Positions 25,528 through 39,305 of a stretch of DNA of 64,000 bases are shown piece after piece. The stretch is from the NCBI GenBank assembly GCA_963514005.1, contig OY740813.1:24552001-24616000 (forward strand). Direction: 5' to 3'. The stretch's first letter is position 1. Each line of letters opens with the position of its first letter. Under the pieces are notes generated by a model, which had not been told where the DNA came from, did no database searches, and saw only the letters and a list, made by a program, of their open reading frames with translations. Both the position numbers and the translations under genes were made by a program. This DNA is from Raja brachyura. Its lineage: Eukaryota.

Positions 25528-26140
25528 AGGTTCACTTGCACCTCCTCCAACCTCATCTACCGTATCCGTTGTTCAAGATGTGGACTCTTATACATCGGCG
25601 AGACCAAACGTAGACTGGGCGATCATTTAGCTGAATACCTTCGCTCAGTCCGCCTGAACCAACCTGATCTCCCTCTCGGTTGCTAAACACTTTCATTCTC
25701 CATCCCGTTCCCACACAGACCTTTCTGTCCAAGGTCTCCTCCATTGTCAGAGTGAGGCTAAACAGAAATTGGAGGAACAGCAGCTCATATTTTCCTTGGG
25801 CAGCTTACAGCCCAGTGGCATGAATTTTGACCTCTAACTTTCAGCTAGCCCGCATTCCCTCCCCCACCCAAGTCACACTAGCTTCACGTTTTCGCGCCAC
25901 AAACAGCTAACAATGGCCTGTTTCCTTTAACATCGTTACTTTTTTCCACATATTTCATTGATTATTCTTTATCTCTCTATACCATCGTCTATATCTCCCT
26001 AACCTGTCTGAAGAAGGGTCTTGACCCGAAACATCACCCATTCCTTCTCCCCAGATATGCTGCCTATTCCGCTGAGTTACTCCAGCTTTTCGTGTCTATC
26101 TTCAGTTTAAACCAGCATCTGCAGTCCCTTCCTACACATT
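25528..26140 (+). mobile_element. Penelope-like retroelement 3' fragment: GIY-YIG endonuclease remnant plus pLTR
   Basis: Manual translation from 25528: RFTCTSSNLIYRIRCSRCGLLYIGETKRRLGDHLAEYL…, then after a frameshift …KLEEQQLIFSLGSLQPSGMN. The pLTR with its hammerhead-like motif starts at 26008. Confidence 0.92.
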
Positions 26141-26659
26141 GATATAGTTGGAGTGGCATGAATATCCCTAATATTTATTGCTTGAGCCACATGACATCTA
26201 CTGCAACAACCGTCATAGCAATATTTTTGTTGTATTGAAGCTTTAATCAAAGGACATTAAATGAGTCAAACATAAATCACAAAAGCAAACATTAAAAGCG
26301 TGCAGGAGCTATGATTCCTGAGCTGGCAAGAAATGGCAATCCCTGACCGTCAAGGAGAACACCACCACACTTTTCCATTGTTGTGAGACAAAGGCAGACA
26401 TTCATATTAAATCATCTCTCGATATACAAGCTGCCAGTCTCCAGGCATTGTTGGAAAGGGTGCAGAAGAGATGCACCAGGGTGTTATCTGAACTTGCTGA
26501 AAGGAACTGCCAGAGGAAGCAAAATAATTGGATACAATATACAATTTTTATAGACATTTGGACAAATATATGGATAGGAAAAATTTAGAGAACTATGGGT
26601 CAAATACGGGCAAATGGGACTAGCCCAGTATGCCAACTTGATAAAGCTTAGTCCACCAT

Positions 26660-27112
26660 TCAGACCAGACTCATCACGATTGACTTCATCTACAATTTAC
26701 GATGCCACGGAAAAGCAGCCAACGTAATCCAAGACTTGGCCTGCCCAACATATTCCTTCTTGCCCCTTTTCCTGACGGGCAGAAGAGACAGAAGCTTGAA
26801 AGTGCCCATCACCAGACTCAGGAACAGTTTCTTCCCCTCCATTATTAGGTTGGCAAAACGGTTCTATCATAAGCTTGGGTAATGCCTGATTCACCTTTAC
26901 CCTATTGCAGACATTGGACTTTGTCTACGGAGCTGGTGCAATGCTGAGAACTATATTCTGCTCTCGGCATCTCCCCCTTTGCTCTGCTTATTGTACTTTA
27001 GTTTGGCTTGACTGTATTGGACTATTATTTTATCCGATCTAATAAGATAGAATGCAAAACAAAGCTTTCACTGTACCTCGGTACATGTCATAATAATAAG
27101 ACTAAAGCTAAT
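26660..27112 (+). mobile_element. Rex1-like LINE 3' fragment (degraded)
   Basis: accagactcaggaacagtttcttcccc (TRLRNSFFP); 3' end tttcactgtacctcggtacatg…aataa. Confidence 0.7.
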
Positions 27113-28084
27113 AGATAAGATAGGACAAAGGCTCTGAATACGTGCTTTATAGCTCCATGACTCCATCTCATTTGTTCCAGTAAAGTACAAGCCAGCCCAC
27201 CATGCGCCGTGCCAACTGAAGCCAATTTCATCAGGAGATTCTCCAAGACATCCTCCTAGCAAGCTGTGAGCACTTGCTCATAATTAAATTCCATGGCCAC
27301 GGAAAGAGGATTCAAACAATTCTCAAATCAGAGAGCACCTTAGACCTCCCTTTTAAATCCCACCATGAATACAGTTCTCACAAAGAGACAGTCGTAGGTA
27401 CAATTTGAACAATAGCATGACTGCTCCATTTGCAAAATCTCCTCAAGGTATGCCTTGTTTGAAGTAGTTCAATGCCGAGATGCTGCCTGACCCAAGCATC
27501 ACTCTAGCACTGGCTTTTTTGCAACCAATTATGAAATATCTATGGCTCATTCTGGGCTCATTATGCATGGGAACTAACAAGGAGCTAGAGAAAATATTAA
27601 ACTTGCATTGACTCGTTTGTAAAGCAGAGACCACCTTCGGCAATGTGAAACTGAGGAAACCCATAAAAATAGGTCATAGCAGCCAAGTGCATAAAAACAA
27701 TAAGAATGTTTTCATGAAGAACACTTACAATTGGGGAAAAGGTTGTTGACTATTTTCTGCAAGCAATTAAAGTAGAAAGTAATGAACTGATAGGTTCATC
27801 AGGAAAGCAAATCTTTGAAAGGATGGAAATTATGTACCTGATTTTTTTCCTTGTGATCATGTAGTTATTTATAATTGAGCACAAAACAAGTAAAAGATCT
27901 CCAAACAGCATTCTCTGACGAGAACTCGCTTTCTGAAGGTCTCTTATGGAGGATTCAATCAATCAAAATAAAATTACACATCTCATAAACAGAACATGTA
28001 ATTATCGTCCTCTTGCACACAAACATTCCTCCAAATTCATTCATTATTCACGTCAATTATTTGGTTAGATCCCAAGATATAATA

Positions 28085-29680
28085 GAAACAAAAGTATAAC
28101 ACAGGAACAAGTCCCTCTTCCCACCAGCAGTGTGCTGGCATGATGCCAAATTGAACTCATCGCATTTGCCCGCACAAAGTCTATATCCCTGCCTATTCAT
28201 GCAATTGTCTTAATGCACCTCAAACATTGCTTTCGTATCCATTTCTACCACCTTCCATGGCAATGTACTCCAGGTACAAGCAAATTTAAAAAAAAAAGTG
28301 CTCAGTAAATCTCCTTGAAGCTTTCCCCTCTTGACTTAAACTTAAGCCTTCGTGTACTCAACATTTCCATCCTGGGAAACTGTCCACCTTATCTATGCCT
28401 CTCAAAATTTTACAAACTTCTGTCACGTCGCCCCTCGGCCTAAGAAACCAATCTATAGATTTCTCCAACCTCTCCCTCCATCTAATGCACTCCAATCCAG
28501 GCAACATCCTGGCGAACAGCTTCTGCATCCTCCAGAGCTGCCACATCCTCCCTATAGTGTGGCAACCAAAACTGCACAATATTTTAAATGTGATCTAACA
28601 AATGTTATACACCTGCAATGTACCTTCCTAACTGTTATTGTCAATGGTCTGAGCGTTACCACCCAATCCACTTCAGTTGTCACTTTCCTACGGATTTGTA
28701 CTCCCAGATCACTCTGTGTATCAATAATCCAAGGGGACCTGCTTATTATTGTATACATTTTTCTTGTACCTGACCTGCCAAACTGCTCCACCCAAATTTC
28801 CAACTGATATATATGATGCTGTATCCTTTGACATTATTTCTCATTATTCACACCTTGACCAATTTTTGTGTTACCTGCAAACGTACTCATCAGACCATCC
28901 CTGCAATGACTTGCCCTAGAATATGAAGGCACCCCTCACTAATATCAGCTTCATCCATATCCATCTCATTCATTAATACCAATGTGAAGTACTCTGAGGA
29001 CCTCAGACACTTCCTCTGGCTCCACACTCAAATTACCTCCTGTCCTCAATTGGAACTATCCTTTCCCCAGCTACCCTCTTGCTCCTAATACCGATTTAAA
29101 ATCCCTTTTAATTCACTTTAATCTTACTTGCCAAGAACATGTCTTGGATCTTATAGCCTTCCTTATTTCTTGTGCAAGTTCTTTTCTGCTTCCTTAATGT
29201 TCCTCCAGCGATTCATCTGTTTTCAGTTTCCTAAACCTTACATATCCTTTTTCCTGTTGACTGAACTTGCAATAATTCTGGCCTTCAAAAGTACCCAAAT
29301 CTACTTTCTTTCATCCACTCAAGGAACGTTACTCCTGAGGTCTAATCAACTGGACTTAAAAAAAAAAATCCCACAAGATATGCATTTACTCTCAAGCAGC
29401 CAACTCCAACCTACTTTTCCCAGTACCAGCCCCATACTGTTGTAATTGGCCTTCCCTCGATTTAGCACTTTCATCCAAGGACCAGACTTTACTCATCCAT
29501 AAGTATCTGAAAACGTAAGAGTTATGCTCCAAAAACATTTATGTTTCCCCCCACTGAACATATCACTTGGCCAGGCATGCCCTCATAGAAGGCCATGTCT
29601 GCTCCAACCCTGGTTGGACTATTTATAGTGATTCATGAAACCCAGAGTGCATGTAACAAATTCTGCCCCGTCTATGGCAT
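28085..29680 (-). mobile_element. Degraded CR1 LINE with internal deletions
   Basis: Minus-strand peptides such as QKLFARMLPGLE, ILRGIDKVD, DLGVQI and FVRSHLKYC; further decayed ORF2-like sequence upstream. Confidence 0.65.
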
Positions 29681-30726
29681 ACTCCCCCCCCCCTTTCACA
29701 ATTAGTCTGGTTGGGTCCCAATCTGAAACATCACCTACCCATATTCTCCAGAGATGATGCCTGACCTGCTGAATTACTCCAGCACTTTGTGCGTATTCCT
29801 GCTCTATAAAATGCATCATTTTCAATTTTCTGCTATGTTCAACTTGTAGCCAAGGCATTATTTTTTTTGACATGGAATGCATTCTTGCCACGAATCAGAA
29901 AAGAAAGGTTTTCATCACAAACCTTTTAACATTTACTACAAAGGACTGAAATTCTATAACACTTTCAACATGTGGAACAAAGTACTATAGTAGAGGGAAA
30001 AATCCTGACATCCTTTAAAACATTTTTGGATGGCACACTGGGGAGATACTGGCCCAGATGCAACACTATAGCAATACCAAACTTATTTAATGCCCGCTGT
30101 CATCACAGTGAAACCATGAACAACTTTTGGAGTGCACGCATGCAGAGTTAAAAGCATATATCCACAGGTTGCCATCAGTCACCTGCTCCTCCACAAGGTT
30201 TGCTTTATTGCAGCTTTCGGCAGTGTAATTTTCATAAATCAGTGATCTGTTGAAAACTTGAAGGTATTCATGAACTATTCTTTCTGTAACATATCCTAAA
30301 AACGTTACTCTATTGTGCATCTTTTAAAATATATGAAGCCATAATTATTATTATACATCCGTGAGTTTAAAACCTTATTGTATGCATTGTTATTCCTTCT
30401 GATAATTATTTCAAAGTGCATTTTGATCTATTTTTCAAGTTCGTGATAATTCAGTGTGTGTCTTAATCTGGTGCACGCGGCCATCATAAATTTGCACTCT
30501 GCAAAGTTTTACAGTTTAATCGTACACGCTGTATTTTAATTCCTGGTTTGCGGTCTACAATAACTCTTCAATTAACTGGTCTACATAAAGCACCACTCTC
30601 ATTGGATGCTAGGAACGTTCTTGGAGGAAGCTTTCCACAAGATCCACAGATATCACTGCTGCTTCCCCGCTGACTACAAATCCAGGTGGGGAGGATTTGA
30701 GTTATGCTGGGCGACATGGCCGTATG

Positions 30727-31036
30727 TTTTTAGTTTAGTTTGGAGATACAACATGGAAACAGACCCTTCGGCCCACCGAGTCCACGCCGCCCAGCGATCC
30801 CCACACACCAACACTATCCTGCTCACACTGGGGACAATCTACAATTATACCAAGCCAATTAACCTCCAAACCTGTACGTCTTTGGAATGTGGGAGGAAAC
30901 CGGAGATACCAGAGAAAACCCACGCAGGTCATGGAGAGAACGCATGAACTCCGTACAGACAGCACTCAAACCCAGGATCAAACCCAGGTCTCTGGCGCTG
31001 CAAAGCAGCAATTCTACTGCTGTGCCACCGTGCCGC
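30727..31036 (-). mobile_element. HE1-like tRNA SINE, near full length
   Basis: Reverse complement gives gcggcacggtggcacagcagtagaattgctgc…gggtttgatcc…(ctaaa)n. Confidence 0.9.
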
Positions 31037-33627
31037 TCCTTTCACAGCTATTAAAATGATAATACTCAGTGGCTTGGAGAATCTTATACAAGTTGTGTTT
31101 GATAGCTGATTTATCTGGCAATCAGTAGGTGGAGCATAGAGTCCATATTGCTAAAAAGTGATGTTTTCACTAATTTAGCACACATAGCAATACCAAATGT
31201 TAAGTTTAAGACTGCAATGAAAAGGGAACAAAAAAGCAAACAATGAAAATAGTTTCACTTGGACGGAACTTGCCTCAAAAACTAAATGCCCTTAATGCTT
31301 CCGGACATGTCATTGTGTTTTAGTGAGAATAATGCACAACATACACAGATTGTACAATGTTCTAATGTTATTCCGTTCATTTAAATTGCAAGGAGACCTC
31401 AAGCACAAGCTCTTAATTTTATACGGTTTGCAGCAAGATCCTTAGATTTCATTGTACAGAAAATGACACCAACATTTTCTTCTCTCCGAATGCTCATTAC
31501 CATTTACCTTTTAACAAATGCTCTTGAAAGTCATTATCTACATGAAGTCAGTTAAAAGCAAGAAGCATAAAGGTTACTTTAATGCTAATGATGCCTTCAC
31601 AATATACTCAAGTTAATTACTATTGGAAATTGTGGTTCTCTTTTAATTTAATGGTGAACACTTAAAGAATCTGCCAGAACAGCAGAATTGACAAAAATTA
31701 TTGATGGTCAACAGGTCTACTTGTACTAAGTTAAGTGTTTTTCTATCAATTGTTATTGCACATTGGTGAGGTTAACTGAATAGACTGCTTTATGAAACAT
31801 CTGCAAAATCTATCATTAAAATCAACATCATTTTTGTTTCCTGGAGTCCCAATATGAAAATGGATTTTCTTTGTGAAGATGCATCCATATAACGGTACAC
31901 AAATGCGATATCTACATCCCCACGAATAGAGGAAATATTGGAAATGAAGCAGACTTAATTAGTTACTGCTCTGGATTTTTTCAAGCGCAAATAAGACAAA
32001 AGTGTGTCTTTCAGAAGCTCATATGCATTGCAGTAACAATTCAAAAGCAATACACCGTCTTTTGTAGAGCAAAGTCTTGCAAACATCAATGAAGTTAATA
32101 ACAAGGTCAACTGGTCAGTCATCCTGTACCAGAGCAACAGTTAGCTTGAATAAAAGCACATGTGGCCCTATTCAAATAAGTTGCATCCATCCAAAGTACT
32201 TCCACGTTTTATACGAAGGGAGGACATATTTTAACAGGGTAGTACTTCTTCATAACTGCACAGCAGTGTGTGCATAGGTCAGTATTTTTTTTTCCTGCAC
32301 AGTATTAACTAGCCTAACTAAATATGGGCCTGTCTATAAACAAGTATTTATGAAACTCCCAGTGAAATTACCCACTAGTTTTCAATTATTTCTGAGATTC
32401 GCTTTCAGGTTCACCTTTCTCCAGAGCCACTAATTTGTTTTTCCATGCTCCAATCCCTGCAGCAATTACAGACCATGGATCAGTGCGACTGACACCAACA
32501 CAGACGGAGCACAGGAACTGCAGTCACAACAGTCCATAACAATGCACCCACACTCTATTGATTTTAAACATCAATTCTGTTGGGGAAGCAACAAAGATAA
32601 TTTGTGTTGAATTGCCCTGCAACAAATTTTATCTATTTGATAAAAATGACTTAAATACAGATAAAAAAATAATTACACTGGTTTACAGATGCTGAATTTA
32701 GGTTGCAGTATCTAGATGAGTCCATTGTATAACAGAGCACTAACAAACATTATTTTAACAAACCACTTTTTAAAGTGTAGTTTTTCCACAATGCTTTAGG
32801 TACATTATTCTGCATGGCCACGAGTTATTGCTGGACTGTCCGTTATTAAACTTTTAAAGCATATAAACTACGATGCACAATTATGAAAGTCTGCACATTA
32901 AATGTGAGCGGTCGTATCCTGGCACATTAACAATCCTGGAGGCACGGCAGGGCTAGATCCTCCAACCTGCTCACCAGTCACTGCTGATACCTGCCGCTGT
33001 TTCTGTCCAGAAGGTTGCAGGGTTGGAAGAGTGGCTCGCTGACCAAAGAACGGGCCATTATATGCGGAGGAAATCGCCAGTCGGCCCCTGCCATGTAGCC
33101 ATGCATATATGTAGCGATTTGTCAACGCAGTTGGATTGTTGAATGATGGCAAGCACCGTGATTGAGAACCAGATGGAACCAAAATATCTCAGCAAGCCTG
33201 AACTTCTTAGAGAGCATTTTGTTTCCATGTGAGTGTTTAGCCAAAATAGCAATCACAACAAATATGTACATTAACCAAAGTCATATTTCCCTCTTTTTCA
33301 AAAAATCCTGTATCCTCCCAGCTGCATTTCCCACATTCATCCTCTCGTGGTGGTGAAGTCCCTATCCCCAAGGAATACACACAGCCAAGGCTTTCCATGT
33401 CAATCACCTATCCAACAAAATAAACCAAACCATGAGCTCATACAAAGTCCGGTCACATGGGCCAATATTACACGATCAGCCCTCTAAAGTGAGTCGGTGA
33501 GTTTGACCATGTGCTGAGCAGTGCACACGCCCCTAAAATAACATCACCTGGCAAAGCCTTCTAGCAACAAAAAATGGCTATAATACAAATTATATCCCCA
33601 ATGCATTCTGTTCTTCTTTTGATGGAG

Positions 33628-33714
33628 TGAGAAGGGTCCCGACCCGAATCGTTACCTCTCCATGTTCTCCAAGGATGCTGCCTGACCCGCTGAGTGACTC
33701 CGGCATTTTGTGTT
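33628..33714 (+). mobile_element. Penelope pLTR-derived short repeat
   Basis: gaagggtcccgacccgaatcg…gatgctgcctgacccgctgag. Confidence 0.75.
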
Positions 33715-35532
33715 TTCCCTTAGAATCATTTCAACAGCGAATAGCTTTCCCACACAAAAAATTGAGATTATTCAATTTTCTTATTACCCATGAATGAGTG
33801 TGCCACTTTGTGCAAAATTAGGGCAAAGTCTTTGCGTGCCCACTGCCATTAACAACTGATCTTTGTGATATACTAAAATCATTTCAATCAACTTGCATTA
33901 ATTCGGGTGGATTCCAATCCCAGAACATTACTGGGCTACCCACTGCACCAACTGTCCCATAAATCAAGGCTCTAATAAAATAATCCACAGTTTAGTTAAT
34001 CACAGCCATTTTTCATCCTTCATAATACTGTCCCCGGATTATAGCATATTCTCAGAGAGCGCGGACAAACTGCAGAAATTCTGCTGCAGTGTGAGATAAA
34101 CTCTGTTCTTCCAAGAGAATCCCCTATAACTGGCAACACCCCCCCCCCCCCCCAAAAAACAAAAAACGCTGGCGTTATCATTTTCTACGAGCACCCCTGG
34201 AATAGTTTGCTGGCACAAATCCCAGAAAACTCATGTCAAGAGTAATTCATCAGCTGGAAAGGGCTTCAGAATGTTCCGGGAAAGGGGCACTGTCATCTAA
34301 AGTCAAGTTATTCTCTCTACAATTAAGCTACAATAAAGTAGTGTTCACAATGTCACAGGTCTACAGCACTGAAAACATTTGTGCTGCATGTTCACTTTAA
34401 AAAAGCAATAAAGACAGCCATGTCAATTACATTACTGTTCCTTCTCAAGGTAAAGACCATTTAACACCACTATCTAATTTTACCATCTTCTTAGTGGGGG
34501 GAGACTGTCTTTTTCAGTTATAATTAATGCATTATCAAAACCTTGGCAACCTCAAGATTGCCATTTTGATAACACAGATTAGCACTTTAATTTAAAACAA
34601 ATGCTGTAAACTTCAAAGCAACAGCAATGATCAGCCATAAAAATCCAGCAACATTATAACAGAGTAAAAACACAACTATTCGTCAAAAGCTCTTGCGATT
34701 TGAAAAATTGTAGCAACAGTTCTCATGTTTAATAGAAATTTATAAGACACTGAAAGCTCTGTCAGCGCACACTGTATTTCACAATATAATGAAATGTCTA
34801 ATGTGCATAGCATTTAAAATGTCAAATCATTTCATTAACACAGAAGATAATGATAGCAGTAATAAATTAGGCAAAGGCTGTATCAAGCCATGAAAGACTG
34901 AGCTAATTATTTAGTGTAAAATCTTTAGGATGTTTGTGTTTAAAGCACAAGTAACTTCAACAACATAAAGCTATTATACACCAGATGAAGACGAGCTAGT
35001 GAAATTTTATCTCTGCTACGGCTATTCATAAATCTTGTATCTAATTTAATTCGATCTAGTAGTTGCATCTGACTTGCTGCACCACAATTTGATTACTGCA
35101 ACCATACTTTTTAACCGCTGTCAAGAAAGACAGTACCTTATGTAAACATCTGCTACAACACATGCCGGCTTTCTAAAGCACTGGTGTTAAATCAAGCTAC
35201 AAAGATGAATCTTTATTCTCTATACGAGAATGGATTTTCAATGAGATAACTAAGTGTTGCTTCGCTATACCAGAAAAGAAAAAAAAGTAGCAATGTTTTA
35301 CAAAAAAAACACTATGAATTGAGTGCATAGGGAAAAGGCTTTTAAAAATTGTTCAAAAATGGTGCATTGGCGTCATAAACAGGAACCCCTGCAGGTGCCT
35401 CTTAGATTTCAAAACTAGCTTCAGGATTATGCCTCCACCTTGATTTATTCTTTCACTTCCGAAATGTAATAGGATTCAGAACAAGTTGACATTGTTAATA
35501 AGGAATTGTACTTAAAGGCATGACTTTTCTAT

Positions 35533-35690
35533 GGAGAACATGGATAGGCTGCTTTTCGGGTGAGGACCCTTCTTCAGACTTGACCCGAAACATCGCCCAT
35601 CCATGTTCTCCAGAGATGCTGCCTGACCTTCCAAGTTACTCCAGCATGTTGTGTCTTTCTTTGGTATAAACCAGCATCTGCAGTTCCTTG
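35533..35690. mobile_element. Penelope pLTR pair in inverted orientation
   Basis: ggagaacatggatagg…ttcggg (minus copy) immediately precedes cccgaaac…ccatccatgttctcc (plus copy). Confidence 0.8.
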
Positions 35691-37649
35691 TTATTAGATC
35701 GCCTTGAGGTCTTCCTACTGAGTTTACCATATATAAATTGTGAGCCTGAAGATTTGGCTCACAATTGTCTACTGTAATTTGAAGACACAATTTGCAGTTT
35801 GGAGATTTACAGGAATGTATGGAAAACATGGTTTAAACAATAGTCCAGATTCTTTAGCTGCAATTGTCAAATGTTGCACTTCGTTGTCGAAGAGATTAGT
35901 TTAACCTGGCATCATGTTCAGCACAAAAATTCCATGTTCTAAGTCAGTTTAAAAAAAAAAGATGAACTGAATTATGCCAGCCCATCACACAGTTTATATG
36001 CACCAATTGTAATCTTCTCAAATCAAAAGTTACATTTTTGATAAGACTCTTTAAGATTGCAATGCTTCAGTTTTAACCTTACTCACGTGCAATGCTCAAA
36101 TGTTGTTTTGTGGTCTGAAATGTTTCGTATATTACTCAGTGATTTTACTTGGTTTGCTATTCTGCAAGGAATTGTGAATGCAATTCCCAGCTTGGCCAAC
36201 ATGATGACTCTGTGGCCACACAACAAACGACAGCTGAACGGATTTGCAAAAGGGAGGTCCACATCTCCAAGATTGCGTCGTCTTTATGGATAACTTTCTT
36301 CAACATTGGACACCAAAACCATAATATTGGCCAACGTGGCTTCAAGTTTTCCAGTCCCAATTTTATTAGGGTCATCTGTTCACATTTGCTATCAACAAGT
36401 AACATCTGGCTTTAATATTAGGCTTTAATATTAGGAATTGCAAGAGAGGAAGGTAGATTTGAAAGGCAAGGTAGCCCATTCGTGCTCCAAATTTGTGCCA
36501 AATAACATGCAGAACAAACAACTTCATTTCAATGTGCAAGTATGTTCTTGTGGCGATTTCTCAGAGCTGCTCAAACCAAAAGTGACTGCTGTATTTCTAA
36601 AATCAGTACCCAGAATTTTTCGTCCCATAGACTAAATTGATATTTGTGTATTTTATATTTTTTCCTTGTAATAAATTAGTACAAAATTGTTTCTAAGTTT
36701 AAAAGTGTAAACATTTCAGAAGGATGTTCTGAAAATCAACTTCGTACTATCAGCTGAGTTTGCATTGTGAATTTTTAGGTTGACTACAAATAAAGCTAAT
36801 ATTCACTCTTCAAGCTACAAAATGTTACTGCACTGCACAAAACAACTGGTATGCGGCATTCAATGACAGTGAACATGCTGGTCGTCCTAATCTCTGAAGG
36901 AGGAGGATAAACAACAGATGAATTGTTTCAAGTCATCAAAACCTCTGCACTCACTGCCTGGTCAATTTTCAACCTTTGCCACTTTTATTTCGGATTTCCA
37001 AAGTCTGTTACCTTTGGTGTTCTTTTGTCATGTCTGTCAATGAAACTATTTGAAGAGCTTCTATTTCCCATGGCCACAATGACCAGGCTAATAAGTTAAT
37101 ACTGTGAATTAAATGCCAAACACTAGAATTTCTCACTACCTCAAATCCATGCAACAATGCACAAGATGTTTATCCACCATGCAAAGAATTTAGCACAAGA
37201 TGCAAAAAGTCTATTTCGTGAAATATATTGTGAAATTTAAGTGCTTTGTGGTTGCAATATTTTCTACTTTTAAGAACTCTGACTTTTTGCACCTTGTGAT
37301 AAATTATTTGCACGGTGGATACAAATCTTGTGCATTGCTGCATGCATTTGAGGTAGTGAGAAATTCTGGTATTTGGCATTTAGTGTTTGGCCGGTTTCAT
37401 ATACACACACATATATATATTAAACTATATAAAGGTATTAAACCTTGAACCTATTCCTAATATTTTTATAGTACCCCTCCCTACTCCTCTTCCAGTAATT
37501 TCAGATAGTTGTCATCCCATGTTTACACCTCTCCAAGCACTTTTGTTATTCACCCATCTTTACCATCCTACATCCCACATCATCTCTTCTATCACTAAAC
37601 ATCTCCTAGTCTCCTACATGTCACGGATCTTCTCTCATCCATTGCTTAT

Positions 37650-37923
37650 ATTTAGTTTAGTTTACAGATACAGTGAGGAAAAATGCCCTTCGGCCCACCC
37701 AGTCCATGCTGACCTGTGAATTCCCGTACACTATCCTGCACACTGGGGACAATTTACATGCTTCTTACCAAAGCCACATTAACCTCCAACCCTGTAGGTC
37801 TTAAACCCACGTGGTCATGGGGAGAACGTACAAACTCCGTGCAGACAGCACGCGCAGTCATGATCGAACCTGGGTCTCAGGTGCTGTAAGGCAGCAACTC
37901 TACTGCTGCGCCACTGGGCCGCC
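37650..37923 (-). mobile_element. HE1-like tRNA SINE
   Basis: tttagtttagttt…cccttcggccc…gatcgaacctgggtct…ggcagcaactctactgctgcgccac. Confidence 0.85.
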
Positions 37924-39305
37924 CTTACTTTTAATCTCACATTTCTCTTTTTTGATGAAAGATCGGCAGCCCAAAGATTTATCAGGGTTTCCTTCAGATG
38001 CTGCCTCATCTGCAGAGTGTTTTCAGTATTTGTTTCTTGCCTTCAAGATTGTAGCATCTGCAGTACTCCATTTATCAATAGTATAGTTGGACATGTTAAT
38101 TTTATTTTGAATGGTTAACATTACAAGAGTAAAGCTGTTTTACAATGGATAGTTTAAACAGAACAACTACTCATAAGTCATGGTAAAATCATGCTGAAAG
38201 ATAACAACAATCTGTTGGGTACCAAATGAAAAACATTAATTTTACCAGCTTCCCAATGCATTACACACTCAACAAAAAATAAGCTTTAGATTTGGTAAAA
38301 TAGGTCTAAAAACATAAAACAAGCAGAATTGTAATAAATATTTTGCTGGAATTTGCAAGAAACGGTTTAACTCTTCCAGGTTAATGAGCATTTTCATTTA
38401 TCGTAATGCCGCCCCGAGAAAACAAGCCTAGTTTAAGTGAATCAGGATTTATAGAACATAGGATAATGCAGCAATGGATGCATAAATCATTGCATTAATT
38501 GGAATTTTGTAATGGTATCTTGGTTGCTGTCAGAAATTCAACATGTTCAAAAGTACCAGGAACTAGGAACCAAAGTTCAATTCATAATGTGCTTAAAAAA
38601 GAATCAATTTTAAAGGCCCCCAGCATTGTGCAGAAAAAACTGAGCTGATGGCCATTTTGCCTCAGGACCAGCTCACAAGGACATCATTCACCTGCATACA
38701 ATTAAATGAATGAACGCCTTTTGCACAGAACGTCTTCAACCTGAAATGTTAACTTTCTCTTTCCACAGATGCTGCCTGTCCGGCAGTTTTCCAGCGTTTT
38801 CTCTTGATATTTCAGATTTCTAGCATATTTTCTAATTTTCCCTTATAAAATGGTGATGGTGAATCAAGGATTATGGACAAACAAGAATCGCTTTGAGAAC
38901 CAAAGCAATCTAAAGTAGCTTGAGAAATACTTAAGATGTATGATATAGTGAAGTTCTAAATCAATAATTCATCAATGAGAATTAATAAACATTAACTCAA
39001 ATTAAATTTTACAGAATATTGGATTTCAGAAATGCAAGTAAGCACAAACTCTAGTCGTATACATTTTGATTTTAACTTTAACTATTTCAATTCTCCGCAC
39101 TGTACACTTTTCACCCAGAGACAATCTTCATCTGGAACTGGAACCAGGTGCCATGGGCAAGGTCAGCATTTCTGGCCCACACAAATTGCCTCTGTGAAGG
39201 TGGTGAGGACACGACAAGTGGGCTGGGTGCAACATCGCTACATTCAGACCCGCTGCCCCAGTTGAAGCTGCATGAACCACTCCATTTCATGCTTAATCTG
39301 CCGTA

